Shown: positions 1 through 10,322 of the stretch, in pieces | How the letters are laid out: the number at the start of each line of letters is the position of its first letter | Numbering within the stretch: the stretch's first letter is position 1 | Assembly (NCBI GenBank): GCA_023150835.1 | Contig: JAKLKB010000029.1 | Span: 1-56,645, forward strand | DNA: 56,645 nt | DNA from: Myxococcota bacterium | GTDB taxonomy: Bacteria > Myxococcota_C > UBA6777 | Direction of reading: 5' to 3' | Position numbers and translations under genes: made by a program | Notes under the pieces: model-generated | The model's input: the letters and a program-made list of their open reading frames with translations, nothing else | The model's database searches: none | What the model was told of the DNA's origin: nothing

Positions 1-195
1 GAACGGGCAGCGTCTGCGTCTCGTGCAAACAGCGTGCGTCATGAAAAAACAAAATCCCCGCTGCTTCCGACTTTCGCTCCCTCCCCTGTTCACGGGGGAG
101 GGCGGGGTGGGGGGCTTTCCTCCGCTTCACCTAACGCCTACGGGGCAAAGCCCCACAACATCACTGAAACGACCCAGCGGCTCTGTGACCGAGAC

Positions 196-2340
196 TCAGG
201 GGGAATACGTGATCTCGTCCTTGCCTTCTTCGATCAAGAGACGGTAGTTGGCGCGGACGTTGGTGAAGGTTTGAAGGGTCTGTTGTGCGTTGGGCCAGAG
301 GATCTCGATCTTGTCGATATCGCAGTTTGCGCCGAGGCCAAAGTGCGCGGTCAAGGTGTTTTGAAGACCGAAGTGACCGAAGCCACCTTGGATCTCTTGG
401 GTTTGTGTGATCCCGCCCGCTGTCACGCGGATGCGAGCGCCGATCCCAAAGGTATTCGCACCGCCCTTGCCCTTTCCACGCAAGCGGATTTGCACAAAGT
501 TACTGTCTTGCCCGACAAGGTTTTCGTACACATACACTTCATTCTTTTTCCAAGGACAACCTTCTGCGGCATTGCAACGTGCGGTGCTAGAGCCGATCAC
601 GACGTCAAGATCGCCATCTTGATCGAAGTCAGCGATGGCAAGCCCCACAGCACGGGGATGGCGGATGCCTGCGATCTGCGCGACGTCTTGAAACATCGGT
701 GTTTCTGGGGTTGAAGCATCTGTCTGGCGGAACAACGAACCAAATGTATCGGGATAATCGGAGTTGCAAAGATAGATATCGGGCTTGCCGTCGTTGTCAA
801 AGTCCAAAAACGAAGCCATGATATCGCCTTGGTTCCAAGAGCCGGCCTTGGGGCGTTCCATGCCTGCCTGTGCGGGAGGGATACGCTTGAGTTTGAATTG
901 ATCACCTTCGGAGATATTCAGCAAAAGCTGCGTTGGGTCGGACGAGTTGCCGATGTGCCAATGGCGGATCTCCGTGTTGTAAAGGTCCATCTTTCCGTCG
1001 TTGTTGATATCACCGCAAACGGTGGTAAAGGTGTTGCCGTTGAGGCGGAAAGGATGATCATCGATCCCGGGAGACCAAGAGGGCGGGTTGGAACATTGGA
1101 TCACAGGGCGCGGCGTACCGATGGGGCATTTGGTGGGGTTGGCAGCACAATAACACAAGTAGAACTGATTGTTGCTGAGATCGTGGTTGTCATCTCCCGC
1201 AAATCCCGAGGATTGGCCGACCTCTTCAAAGCGATCACCTCGGTTCAAGTAGAGCATATTATACTGACGACCGTACGCCGTGACGATCAAGTCGGTCTTT
1301 CCATCGCCGTTGACATCGCAGCTAGTCACGCCATACGTCGGTTTGTGGTTGGTTCCGTCCTTGTATCCGTCTTCAAACTTCTTTGTAGTCAAGCCCATCT
1401 GTGCGGTGACATCGACAAAGGTTCCATCGCCACGCCCTTTGTACAGGCGATCTTGGAGCGATTCATAAGACTTTCCGTAAGTGGTGTACCAAAAGCCAAC
1501 GAAGATATCGATCAAGCCGTCACGGTCGTAATCAAGGAAGGTCGCAGAGGTCGTGCTCCAAAGATTCGATGCTGCGGGAGTTAGCGCCGTTGTCTTGGGG
1601 GCAAAAGAAAACTTTCCGCTGCCATCACCGAGCATGATCTGGCTGCGATCGCCGGGATCAGTGCTTGGGTTGTTGGCATCAGTGTACGTTGCGCTGAAAA
1701 GGTCGAGGTGGCCGTCGTTGTTGACATCGGCAAAGATCGCAAAGTGGCTTGCGCGGCCTTTGGTATTCGGATCATCGGGGATATCGAGATAACCGCTGTT
1801 GAGGGTTTGGTCTACAAAGATCCGCTTTCCCGGGCGGTTGGGGTCAGGCCGATTCATGAGGATCCAACGGAAGCGTTTGGGAGGGGTGGCTTTGAGATCA
1901 TCGCGGTTATTGGAGCCGCCTTGGTGGACGATCAGATCGGGATAGCCATCGCCATCGATATCCACCGCAGCAAGGCGTGTTCCGTATGCTTCGATCTTTC
2001 CTTCACCGAGCCCCATCTCGCCCGCGATATTCCGAAAGTAAGGCCCTGTTGCGGTCAAGGCTTTGGGGGTCTTGCAGAGGCGAGGCGGGCGTTTGTCTTC
2101 GATCTCGGGGACGGGTTCTCCAGCGTCTTGTGCGGGTTCGTTTGTGCTATCGGTGCTTTGCTCTGCCACCGCTTCCGCGCTTTTTTCTTGCGTCGGTTCG
2201 GTCGATGCGTTTTCTTGCACTTGTTCGCTTGGCGGATTGGTGGTGCAATGGCTTGTGGAAAGCACCAGAAAACCGAGCAGAAAGCTCAGACCAAAAGGAG
2301 AAACCATTGAGAACACAGAAACCATGCGTTGTTTGATCAT
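196..2340 (-). CDS. FG-GAP/VCBS-repeat lipoprotein with C-terminal ASPIC/UnbV domain (CRTAC1-like)
   Basis: Repeated D-x-(D/N)-x-D-G-x-x-D-(L/I) motifs (DIDGDGYPDL, DVNNDGHLDL, DYDRDGLIDI, DFDQDGDLDV); C-terminal GIGARIRV...AHFGLG...IEILWP; hydrophobic N-terminus ending in Cys. Start placed at ATG 2340; ORF is open to 2391. Confidence 0.85.
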   Translation of the reverse strand: MIKQRMVSVFSMVSPFGLSFLLGFLVLSTSHCTTNPPSEQVQENASTEPTQEKSAEAVAEQSTDSTNEPAQDAGEPVPEIEDKRPPRLCKTPKALTATGPYFRNIAGEMGLGEGKIEAYGTRLAAVDIDGDGYPDLIVHQGGSNNRDDLKATPPKRFRWILMNRPDPNRPGKRIFVDQTLNSGYLDIPDDPNTKGRASHFAIFADVNNDGHLDLFSATYTDANNPSTDPGDRSQIMLGDGSGKFSFAPKTTALTPAASNLWSTTSATFLDYDRDGLIDIFVGFWYTTYGKSYESLQDRLYKGRGDGTFVDVTAQMGLTTKKFEDGYKDGTNHKPTYGVTSCDVNGDGKTDLIVTAYGRQYNMLYLNRGDRFEEVGQSSGFAGDDNHDLSNNQFYLCYCAANPTKCPIGTPRPVIQCSNPPSWSPGIDDHPFRLNGNTFTTVCGDINNDGKMDLYNTEIRHWHIGNSSDPTQLLLNISEGDQFKLKRIPPAQAGMERPKAGSWNQGDIMASFLDFDNDGKPDIYLCNSDYPDTFGSLFRQTDASTPETPMFQDVAQIAGIRHPRAVGLAIADFDQDGDLDVVIGSSTARCNAAEGCPWKKNEVYVYENLVGQDSNFVQIRLRGKGKGGANTFGIGARIRVTAGGITQTQEIQGGFGHFGLQNTLTAHFGLGANCDIDKIEILWPNAQQTLQTFTNVRANYRLLIEEGKDEITYSP

Positions 2341-2401
2341 GACGATGCCTTCGATTGCGTAGCGATCTAAGAACAACAAATCCCACCCCATTAAGGCATC
2401 A

Positions 2402-3031
2402 TCAACGCTTTTTTTGGAAGAGGGCCATCTGTGCAGGGGACGTATGGATGCGTTGTCGAGCGCGTCGAGGAACGGTGGGAAGCGGCGGCGAAAAGGTCGA
2501 TGGTTCGGTCGTCAGAGAGGATATGCTTGGAGGCTTGTTTGCCGTCCCCAAGCGTGCGGATTGTTCACGCAACATCCGCTCTTGTTGAAGGATCTGCTGT
2601 TCGAGCGCTTGGGCCAGTTCAAGCCAGAGCCGCATCTCGTGGTAGGTTGGATAACCATCAAGGCTATTGCGGATCTGGGTAGACAAGCGCTTGCGGCTCG
2701 GTGTATCCGCCTCATTCGCCCTGTTTGAATCCCCCCATGACTGCGAGTTTTCGCCGTATGCCTGTGTTGTTTGGGCGTATGCTTGCGTTGTTTGGGTATA
2801 CGGCTCTGTCGTTGGAGCGTATGGCTGTGTGGCTTCGGAAAAAAAGCCGACCTGCTTGGTTGTGGATGGGTGGCTCGATACACCGTGAGGCGAAAAAGAG
2901 GCATGTGTCGACTCAGGCGGGGTATCGGTCTGGGTAGACCGAACAACGTCCTCCCTCGAAAGCAGCAGACGAGCGCGGCCTTTGTGCTTGGTTCCATATT
3001 TTCTTCGTGGGCTTGGGGATTCCGAAGACAT
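2402..3031 (-). CDS. hypothetical protein, mostly low complexity
   Basis: ATG 3031 preceded by AAGGAG; 7-aa YAQTTQA-like repeats; helical segment YHEMRLWLELAQALEQQ. Confidence 0.55.
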   Translation of the reverse strand: MSSESPSPRRKYGTKHKGRARLLLSREDVVRSTQTDTPPESTHASFSPHGVSSHPSTTKQVGFFSEATQPYAPTTEPYTQTTQAYAQTTQAYGENSQSWGDSNRANEADTPSRKRLSTQIRNSLDGYPTYHEMRLWLELAQALEQQILQQERMLREQSARLGTANKPPSISSLTTEPSTFSPPLPTVPRRARQRIHTSPAQMALFQKKR

Positions 3032-3225
3032 ACGCGTCTCCTTGTCTCGCGGTGTGCGGAAACGGTGTTGGACTTTTGTGCAGGATAGCGATCTACTGAA
3101 CATCACGCAAGGACAATTTGCGCTTCAAGAAAAAACGTTGCTTTCCCCAAACGGAAAAGGTATTGTTTGCGTTGGTTTTTTGGGATTTTTCTTTTCCAAA
3201 GCGCGGAACAAAGGAGGCTTTCTTG

Positions 3226-4515
3226 ATGAAGCGATCGTGGCTTGGATGGAGTATGTGTTTGTTGGTGTTTTTGTGGGGAGCGCATCTTTCGATGGTGGGC
3301 TGTGCAACGCCCGGACCTGTGGGCGAAGAAAGCGCGTCAGAATCAACTTCTGGAACGGAAAGCAGCACAGAGCAAGTAGCCGATGGTTCGGCAGAAACCG
3401 TTGCGGAACCTGTTGCAGAGACCGTTGCAGAGACCGTTGCGGAACCAGCAGCGGAGCAAACGAGCGATGCGGGTGAATCGATCCCCGAAGCCGTCGCCGA
3501 AGTGACGCCCGAAACACAGATCGGCCCCTTTGACGGCACGCCGATCCAAGCGGCAGAAAAAACATGGACATGGGTGGATTTTCCTGACACCAAGTGCGGC
3601 TATGGCTCGCCGACAGGCTTGGGTGTGAACCTTGTGCCGGGCGCAAAACGCCTGTTGATCTATATGCAAGGTGGTGGGGCGTGTTGGCTGGAGTCCGGGA
3701 TCATCGGCTCTTGCTTTCAAAACTCCAGCGCTTCCAACCTCAGCGGGTTCAACAAGACGCAGTTCGAGGGCTTGAGCGGTACAAAAACCCTGTTTTTCGA
3801 TCGCAACGCTTCGACAAACGTGTTTGCAGACGCGCACTTTGTGTTTATCCCCTATTGTACGGGGGATGTGTACACAGGCGACAAGGAAACGAAGTTTCCA
3901 AACGGCAAGACCATGTACTTCCACGGCCACAAAAATATGCTCGCCTACTTTAAGCGCCTCGTTCCCACGTTCAAAGACGTTGAACACGTGATCATATCGG
4001 GTTCAAGTGCCGGTGGATTCGGTTCTTCGATGAACTGGTGGCTGGCTCAACACGCTTTTGGCGACAAAGTCAAGGTCGATCTGCTCAATGACTCGGGCCC
4101 TCCGATGAATCCTGTGCCGGGTCGCTGGGAAGAATGGGTCAAAGCGTGGAATATGCAGCTTCCCCCCGACTGTACAGACTGCACGCAAAGCATCGACAAG
4201 ATCTTGACGTTCTTTGAAAAGAATATGCTCGCAAAAGGCCGAAAGATGGGATTTTTGGGCCACGATCGAGATCAAGTCATTCGCACGTTTTTTGGCTACC
4301 TCGACGGAAAGGGGGACGCCTACAAAGCCGAACACGACAAGCTGTTGACTCGCCTTGATACGCTCACAAACGTTGCTTATTTCGTGCTTGCAGGTACAAC
4401 ACACACCTTCTTTGGTAGCCCAGCCTCATTCACAGGAGCCGACGGGACGGTCCTCCCCTTGTGGGTCGAACGTATGGTCAAAGCGGATCCTGCTTGGAAA
4501 AGCACCAAACCCTAA
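3226..4515 (+). CDS. pectinacetylesterase-family alpha/beta hydrolase lipoprotein
   Basis: AAGGAGG RBS; lipobox MVGC; LIYMQGGGACW, FIPYCTGD, nucleophile motif GSSAGG, DSGP; (ETVA)n acidic linker. Confidence 0.85.
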   Translation: MKRSWLGWSMCLLVFLWGAHLSMVGCATPGPVGEESASESTSGTESSTEQVADGSAETVAEPVAETVAETVAEPAAEQTSDAGESIPEAVAEVTPETQIGPFDGTPIQAAEKTWTWVDFPDTKCGYGSPTGLGVNLVPGAKRLLIYMQGGGACWLESGIIGSCFQNSSASNLSGFNKTQFEGLSGTKTLFFDRNASTNVFADAHFVFIPYCTGDVYTGDKETKFPNGKTMYFHGHKNMLAYFKRLVPTFKDVEHVIISGSSAGGFGSSMNWWLAQHAFGDKVKVDLLNDSGPPMNPVPGRWEEWVKAWNMQLPPDCTDCTQSIDKILTFFEKNMLAKGRKMGFLGHDRDQVIRTFFGYLDGKGDAYKAEHDKLLTRLDTLTNVAYFVLAGTTHTFFGSPASFTGADGTVLPLWVERMVKADPAWKSTKP

Positions 4516-4532
4516 AGGTTCGCGATATCTCA

Positions 4533-4685
4533 TACGATATCCGAGCGATGTGTACACGAAGAGTCGTGCGTAGACGCCCTGTGGTTGAGCAGTCACGGGG
4601 GGCTGCCCCATAGGCGTTAGGTGAAGCCACATCTGGCCCCTCTTACATGAGTACAAAACGCGGGCATCACGCAGAGGATATCGAA
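4533..4685 (+). mobile_element. MITE-like element family A, copy 1
   Basis: Begins TACGATATCCGAG, contains GTAGACGCCC...GCAGTCACGGGGGGCTGCCCC, ends GGATATCGAA. Confidence 0.55.
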
Positions 4686-4862
4686 AAGAAGAGTCCACGA
4701 AAAGTACGAAAAGCACGGAAAGTACGGCGACGGGGTTTCTCTGTGCGCTCAGACATTCTGCCTTCCTCCCCCTCGCGGCAGCAGCGAGGCTTTGCGAGCG
4801 TCGCAGGGAGAGGGGTGTCGCGAAGGGCAGGGGTGAGGGTCACGCGATTTGTCCCCCTGTAA

Positions 4863-4974
4863 GACGAGATCCGCAGGGCGTGTGATCGCAAAACGTAGGG
4901 GCAGACAGGTGTGGCTGCCCAACAATCGGGTGTCTACGCACTATCCTACGGGAACACTTCACTCGGATATCGTA
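4863..4974 (-). mobile_element. MITE-like element family A, copy 2
   Basis: GACGAGATCCGCAGGGCGTGTGATCGCAAAACGTAGGGGCAG...GTCTACGCAC...CTCGGATATCGTA; reverse complement of the copies at 32652 and 37790. Confidence 0.65.
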
Positions 4975-5038
4975 CCACCCCACACAGCCCCCCCTCCCAC
5001 GCCCCACACAAAACGGCCCCAGAGAAAAGCACCTAGCC

Positions 5039-6034
5039 CTAAGCGATCGATGCGGAACGTCGGCGCTTAAGGAAGATTAGGCCAAAGAGCAAGAAAAACA
5101 AACCTGTGGGGGCAGGAGACGTGGCCTCACAAGACCAACCGCCCGTTTTGTCGTTGTTTGCGTTATCCGAGGACGCATTGTCGTTGTTTGCGTTGTCGGA
5201 AGGCGCGTTGTCGTTGTTTGCGTTGTCGGAAGGTGCGTTGTCGGAAGGTGCCTTATCAACGGGCGGATTATCGGGGGGAGACGTAGGGCCACAGCCATCA
5301 CGCGGCGCATCATCGGACGAACCTCCATCAGGTGCCGCACCACACGCATCAGGAACGGCATCGGGACCACCATCCTCGGTGTTGCGATCGGTGGGAGGAG
5401 CATCGGTGGGAGGAGTGTCGGTGAGGTCGTTATCATGGACGGGGTCGTCGGGATTGCCAGCTTCGCGGTGTTCGGGAAAGCCCTCGGGATCGGGGATCAC
5501 TTCGCTGTGTTCGGGAAAGCCCTCTGGATCGGGGATCACTTCGCTTGAGTGTTCGGCAGGAGATTCTTGAGAGGAAGAAACCACATCGAACTGAAGCAAG
5601 ATCAGATTGCCTCCACCCGGGACGCTGCTGAGGAGGTCGTAGCCCTTGGCGGGTGTGAGGGTTTGGCTGTATTGGATCGAAAGTTTGTTGTTGCAGGTCT
5701 TGGCGAGTAACCCAAATTTCCCGGGCAGCGGCTTTCCTTGAGCGTCGCGCAAAACAAAGTCGGTGACGTTAAAGCTTGAACCCGAGCATTGAAGGGGTCC
5801 ACCGGGAGGCGAGCAACACGTCTCGCAGTCGACTTGAAACGTCGGCTGCAAGTTCGCAGGCCATGTGTTGGGAGAGACAGGCGCGCTGCAATCCTCAAAG
5901 ATCAGCTTTCCAGAACACCGCACCATGCACGTCGCCTGAGCCTCAGGCGCAAATGCAAACAGAGACACCACAAACAAAAGAGACACAAACGGCTTCAACG
6001 CAAACAAACGAAACATCGCAAACCCCTTTCTCAT
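5039..6034 (-). CDS. secreted hypothetical protein with MYXO-CTERM-like sorting tail
   Basis: Signal peptide ending AQA; Cys-containing N-terminal domain; D/P-rich repeats (EVIPDPEGFPEH x2, SDNANND x3); tail GGWSC...PTGLFFLLFGLIFLKRRR. Confidence 0.7.
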   Translation of the reverse strand: MRKGFAMFRLFALKPFVSLLFVVSLFAFAPEAQATCMVRCSGKLIFEDCSAPVSPNTWPANLQPTFQVDCETCCSPPGGPLQCSGSSFNVTDFVLRDAQGKPLPGKFGLLAKTCNNKLSIQYSQTLTPAKGYDLLSSVPGGGNLILLQFDVVSSSQESPAEHSSEVIPDPEGFPEHSEVIPDPEGFPEHREAGNPDDPVHDNDLTDTPPTDAPPTDRNTEDGGPDAVPDACGAAPDGGSSDDAPRDGCGPTSPPDNPPVDKAPSDNAPSDNANNDNAPSDNANNDNASSDNANNDKTGGWSCEATSPAPTGLFFLLFGLIFLKRRRSASIA

Positions 6035-6037
6035 CGT

Positions 6038-6195
6038 ACTGACTTGTTGGAAGATTTTGTGGGGTGTCACCCCACGCCCCACTTCCTTAGCGCGGCTCCC
6101 TTGATCCCGTATGGATGGGGCGATCAGAGTTTTTCACACAGACGACTCTGCCGCTTCAAGCGGCGCGAACACGGCTTTTTTATCCACAAGTCAGT
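6038..6195 (-). mobile_element. MITE-like element family B, copy 1
   Basis: 10-bp inverted ends ACTGACTTGT/ACAAGTCAGT; body aligns by eye with the copies at 25128, 26451, 30513 and 37941. Confidence 0.55.
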
Positions 6196-6286
6196 CCTGT
6201 CTCACAAAGATGAACAAAAAAACTCTGAACAAGCCTACGCAGAAACCACAGCAGGAAGGCGCGAGAGGCTATCCATTTCCGTTCCC

Positions 6287-6320
6287 ACACAACAGCGATC
6301 CGCCGAGATCGCTGTTGTGT
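6287..6320. promoter_or_regulatory. perfect 14-bp inverted repeat (hairpin or operator)
   Basis: ACACAACAGCGATC-cgccga-GATCGCTGTTGTGT, about 120 nt downstream of the protease gene; no U-tract. Confidence 0.45.
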
Positions 6321-6438
6321 CAAGGCACTATGCCCTGCGAGCAGGCTGTTCCCGCCTTCTCCACCAAGGCAGAGAAGCCAGAGCAGACTCAAAAATCTGA
6401 GGGTATACACAAACCGACGGCGACCACCGCAGGACGAT

Positions 6439-8916
6439 TTAACGGCGGCGAAGTTGGAGGGTGGCAAGGAAGAACAAAAGGAAGACGAAAGAGGCGGGTA
6501 TCTCGGAGGGAGTGGGTTGTTGGCAACCGCAGCTTTTGGGTGGGATGTTGGATTCGCTTGTGGTTTCGTCCGTTCCGCTGCCTTTGTCGGCGGTTCCGCC
6601 GTCTGGACTGGCCTCAGCGGAAGACTCGGAGGTGGTTTCGGCGGTAGGTTCAGCGGTAGGCTCGGCGGAGGGTTCGGCGACAGACTCGACGGGGGGTTCG
6701 GCGTCAGGTTCGGGCAGAGGCTCGGCATTTTCGGAGACGCACTGGGTTCCAACGCACTTGAATCCGCTTGGACAGCCTGTGGATTGGCAGCCTTTGGAGT
6801 CATCAGGCGCGCAAAAGCCGATGCCTTGGCCTACAACGCGACACAACTTACCGCTGGGGCAGTCGGCGGGTTGGCCGCATGTGCAGAACTTGTTCGGAAC
6901 GAACTGGATGCTTTGGCATTTCCCGCCTTGTGTGCAAGTGTTGGTTTGCGTGCAATCCTCGACACAGACGTTCAAACCGGGAAGGCAGAGCAAGCCTTTT
7001 TTGCAGCGTTTAACGGCATCACAAGCTTGCCCGACATCTTGGCTTCCTGCGCTGTTTTGGACACAGATGCTTTGTTGGCCGGGGTTGGAGATGCACTCTT
7101 CTCCTTGGGGGCAGGGCTTGGCCACCGCAGCGGTACAAGCACCGCCGAGTCCTTGGAGGATCAGGTTGCAGGATCGTCCCGCTCCACAGGCTGCGTCGTT
7201 TTGGCAAAAGCAGATGTTGATGAAAGGTGCGCAAGATCCGCCTGTGTTGCAGGTCGTTCCCGTCGAGCAAGGTTCTACGCAAAAGTTTCCGCCACCTGCG
7301 GGGTTTTGGAAGCATTGAAGACCTGCATCGCATGTCCCGTTGGGGCGACAAGGCGAGCCAGCCGATCCCGGGGCAAAACCGCAGGTCTGATAACAGCGAG
7401 CGCCTTCGGAGGCAGGGGTACATTGCAGGGTGGGCTTGCAGGGCAGATCTTGGGCGCAAGGTTCGCCCGGATCACCGCCGCCATCGCGTTTGCAAACACC
7501 GTCACGGGTATCGCACAACAGGCCGCCTTTGCAGTCTGCGTCCGTTTTACACACCGAACGGCACACCCCGTCGTTGGCGATACATTGCTTGAAGCCGGGG
7601 GCGATGTCTTTGCATCGGAAGTTCTCGGGGCAGCGGTCGCTTGCGTCGCAGGGTTGGAGACAACGACCCCCTCGCCCTTCGGGATTTTCGCAGTAATCAC
7701 CGCCACAATCTGCGTTGGTCGCACAAGGTTGGCAGAGTGTCGCCTTGCGTGTGGGAAGTTGGATCGCACAAGTGCCGCTTTTGCACGTTTCCCCCGCGCT
7801 ACATTGGGAGTTTTGGGTACAAGAAACAGGTGGGCATTCCATCTTGTTGGGGAGGCAATACTTTTTGCTGTTGAGGCCCGTTGTACAGACATGATCGGCA
7901 GGGCAACAATCGTCTCCGTCGCAGGCTTGGGCGCAACGCTTGCCTGAGCCGATCTGGACACAAGAGCCGTTGTTTGGGCAATCTGCGTCGCTGTTGCACA
8001 CCGCGCAATTTTTGGGATCCGCTGAGACGCTCTTGGGGACGCATTGTTTGTTTGCGTCGCAAGAAGCGCACTTTCCACAAGTAGGGTTCGCCCCTTCGCA
8101 CGTCGAAAACTGATCCACAAACCCCTGAATCCAAGCAACATAGGGATCTGTTCGATAAGAATAAGAAGTGCCGTTGCAGTTGAGAGAGGTTCCATGCGAA
8201 GTGACGGCCACAACGTACATCTTGCCGTTGTTCTCGTACATGGCGGGTCCGCCTGAATCCCCTTGGCAAACGGCAGTGTTGTTGCCGAGATAAGAGACCG
8301 TGTTGGTCTTGGGGCCTTGGGGGCTGGTCGGATCGACCCCTGTGATCGGCATCTTGGTGGAGTATTTGAAGGGTGCGGGATTGGTGTCCGAAGCACTCAA
8401 GCGACCGTAGCCCATAAAGAAGAGTTCACGCCCAACCCAAGAAGCATCCATCTTTTGCGTATTGAAGGGTACGGAAGGCACTTCAAACACACCACGCGTC
8501 AAGATCACCACCGCGATATCGTTGAGGACTTGTTGGCGATCATAGTTGGGATGGCGCTTGCTGTTGGTTTGATCGATCGGAACAAAGATGCTTTTGTAAT
8601 TTCGTTGATCGACAGGAACGTCCACCCGAAATTCCAACGCTGCACCGCCCGTTTGCGCGAAAGCGTCGATACAGTGCGCTGCCGTCAACACCACACGCGG
8701 AGCGATCAACGTCCCCGAACAAAAAGACCGCTGGGCCGCTGTCAATGAACCCGCCGCTGGATAGGCATTGTTGGGTTGGCCGTTGATGATCGCCTGCTGC
8801 GCTTTCGCGGTTTCTTCGGAAGGCCCCGAAGAGCGACCACAAGCAGGAACCCACAACAGCACCGAAAAGGCACTCAGATAACCGATACAATGAAAAAGAT
8901 ACTTTCTCCAAGCCAT
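6439..8916 (-). CDS. S1 (trypsin-fold) serine protease with Cys-rich repeats and MYXO-CTERM-like tail
   Basis: IING mature N-terminus; catalytic triad in TAAHC, NDIAV, GDSGGP; about 450 aa of CxxDxDC-type repeats; tail SCGCQ...FVFLLFFLATLQLRRR. Confidence 0.9.
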   Translation of the reverse strand: MAWRKYLFHCIGYLSAFSVLLWVPACGRSSGPSEETAKAQQAIINGQPNNAYPAAGSLTAAQRSFCSGTLIAPRVVLTAAHCIDAFAQTGGAALEFRVDVPVDQRNYKSIFVPIDQTNSKRHPNYDRQQVLNDIAVVILTRGVFEVPSVPFNTQKMDASWVGRELFFMGYGRLSASDTNPAPFKYSTKMPITGVDPTSPQGPKTNTVSYLGNNTAVCQGDSGGPAMYENNGKMYVVAVTSHGTSLNCNGTSYSYRTDPYVAWIQGFVDQFSTCEGANPTCGKCASCDANKQCVPKSVSADPKNCAVCNSDADCPNNGSCVQIGSGKRCAQACDGDDCCPADHVCTTGLNSKKYCLPNKMECPPVSCTQNSQCSAGETCKSGTCAIQLPTRKATLCQPCATNADCGGDYCENPEGRGGRCLQPCDASDRCPENFRCKDIAPGFKQCIANDGVCRSVCKTDADCKGGLLCDTRDGVCKRDGGGDPGEPCAQDLPCKPTLQCTPASEGARCYQTCGFAPGSAGSPCRPNGTCDAGLQCFQNPAGGGNFCVEPCSTGTTCNTGGSCAPFINICFCQNDAACGAGRSCNLILQGLGGACTAAVAKPCPQGEECISNPGQQSICVQNSAGSQDVGQACDAVKRCKKGLLCLPGLNVCVEDCTQTNTCTQGGKCQSIQFVPNKFCTCGQPADCPSGKLCRVVGQGIGFCAPDDSKGCQSTGCPSGFKCVGTQCVSENAEPLPEPDAEPPVESVAEPSAEPTAEPTAETTSESSAEASPDGGTADKGSGTDETTSESNIPPKSCGCQQPTPSEIPASFVFLLFFLATLQLRRR

Positions 8917-9177
8917 CGAAAACTCCTTAATTTCACAAAGGAAGTGAAGAAACCAACAGTCTCACAGGGCAAGTCCTTGGAACGGGACAGGATATCTCAA
9001 TCATGGACGCACGTTCAACAAAAAAAAGCCATGAAGAAAACAAGCGAAAGGGAAGTTAACTGATGGAGGGGTTTGGTGGCAAGGAGGGATGGGGGTTGCG
9101 TTTTGTTGGCGGGGTGGGCAAAGATCGGGTTTGGCAAGCAGCCGCACAAAGAAGACAAACCAAGAGGAGGCGGAGCG

Positions 9178-10170
9178 ATGTGGTTGATCGGTGATATCGG
9201 CGGGACAAGCGCCCGTATGGCGATGGTGGACAAAGGCGATGGCCCCCGCGTATGGAGAAACGATCAGCGATATGAGAGCGGAGATTACGAAGGAATCGAA
9301 TGGATCGTGGAGACTTATCGAGAGTCTTTTGGGGGAGAGATCGAAGGGATCTGTTTGGGAGTGGCGGGGCCGGTGCGCGAGGGGCGTGTGGAACTCACGA
9401 ACTTGGGCTGGGTGTTGGATATCCGACAGATGCGGGAGCGGCTGGGGGTGGAGCGGATCGTGTTGTTGAACGATCTGCAAGCGATGGCCTACGCGATCCC
9501 GGTCTTGTCGCCATTTGAGCGCGAAGTCTTACAAGAAGGAAAGCCCCAAGCAGAGGGAGTGATCGGGTTGGTGGCAGCGGGGACAGGCTTGGGGGAAAGC
9601 GTATTGTGGTGGGATGGTCGGCGTTATCATGCGATGGCCTCGGAAGGCGGGCATTGCGACTTTGCGCCGATCGACGAAGAACAGGTAGGGTTGTTGCGCT
9701 TTGTGATGCGAGAGCATGCCCATGTGAGCTATGAGCGCGTATGTTCGGGGGGGTTGGGGATGGCGTATTTGTACCGTTATTTGAAAGAAGTTCGAGGATT
9801 CGATGGGCACGAAGAGATCGACCAAGCGGTGATAAGAAATAGCCGACAAGCCTCGCGGCTAATCGCAGAAGAAGCGGGGCGTTCAGGACGTGTTGGAGAG
9901 TTTTGTAAGGAAGTCATGCGCTTGTTTTCGCGGATATTGGCGGCGGAACTTGGCAATCTTGCGCTCAAGGTGCTACCAACAGGCGGCTTGTACATCGGGG
10001 GAGGGTTGGCTGTAGGCGCACGTGAGATGTTCCGCGAACCCGCTTTTTTGGGGGCTTTTCGCTCAAAAGGACGCTACGCAAGAACGATGGAAGAATTTGC
10101 GATCTCCGTGATCACACATCCCGAACCCGGATTGTTGGGCGTTGCAAACTACGCGCTGAGTTTGGATTGA
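9178..10170 (+). CDS. glk: glucokinase (Glk family)
   Basis: GGAGG RBS; IGDIGGTSAR, GVAGPV, LTNLGW, LLNDLQA, GTGLG, SEGGH, SYERVCSG, GGLYIGGG. Confidence 0.93.
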   Translation: MWLIGDIGGTSARMAMVDKGDGPRVWRNDQRYESGDYEGIEWIVETYRESFGGEIEGICLGVAGPVREGRVELTNLGWVLDIRQMRERLGVERIVLLNDLQAMAYAIPVLSPFEREVLQEGKPQAEGVIGLVAAGTGLGESVLWWDGRRYHAMASEGGHCDFAPIDEEQVGLLRFVMREHAHVSYERVCSGGLGMAYLYRYLKEVRGFDGHEEIDQAVIRNSRQASRLIAEEAGRSGRVGEFCKEVMRLFSRILAAELGNLALKVLPTGGLYIGGGLAVGAREMFREPAFLGAFRSKGRYARTMEEFAISVITHPEPGLLGVANYALSLD

Positions 10171-10188
10171 AGCGGAGCCAACCAGCGA

Positions 10189-10290
10189 AACGAAATCCGC
10201 CCACGATGTGATCATAAAGAGGTTGGGGCAGCCCCCAACCCAAGAACGTCTACGCACGACATTTCGATCACACTTCTCTCGGATATCGTA
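10189..10290 (-). mobile_element. MITE-like element family A, copy 3 (degenerate)
   Basis: AACGAAATCCGC...GTGATC...GGGGCAGCCCCC...GTCTACGCACGAC...CTCGGATATCGTA. Confidence 0.55.
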
Positions 10291-10322
10291 GGACACCTCC
10301 CAAAAAGCAAAGGGGATTTTTC

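Noticed and set aside
76..115. G/C-run hairpin CTCCCTCCCC...GGGGGAGGG (similar at about 4764-4839) as a terminator
   Set aside because: No U-tract; it is probably part of another dispersed repeat truncated at the window edge, with too little sequence to define it.
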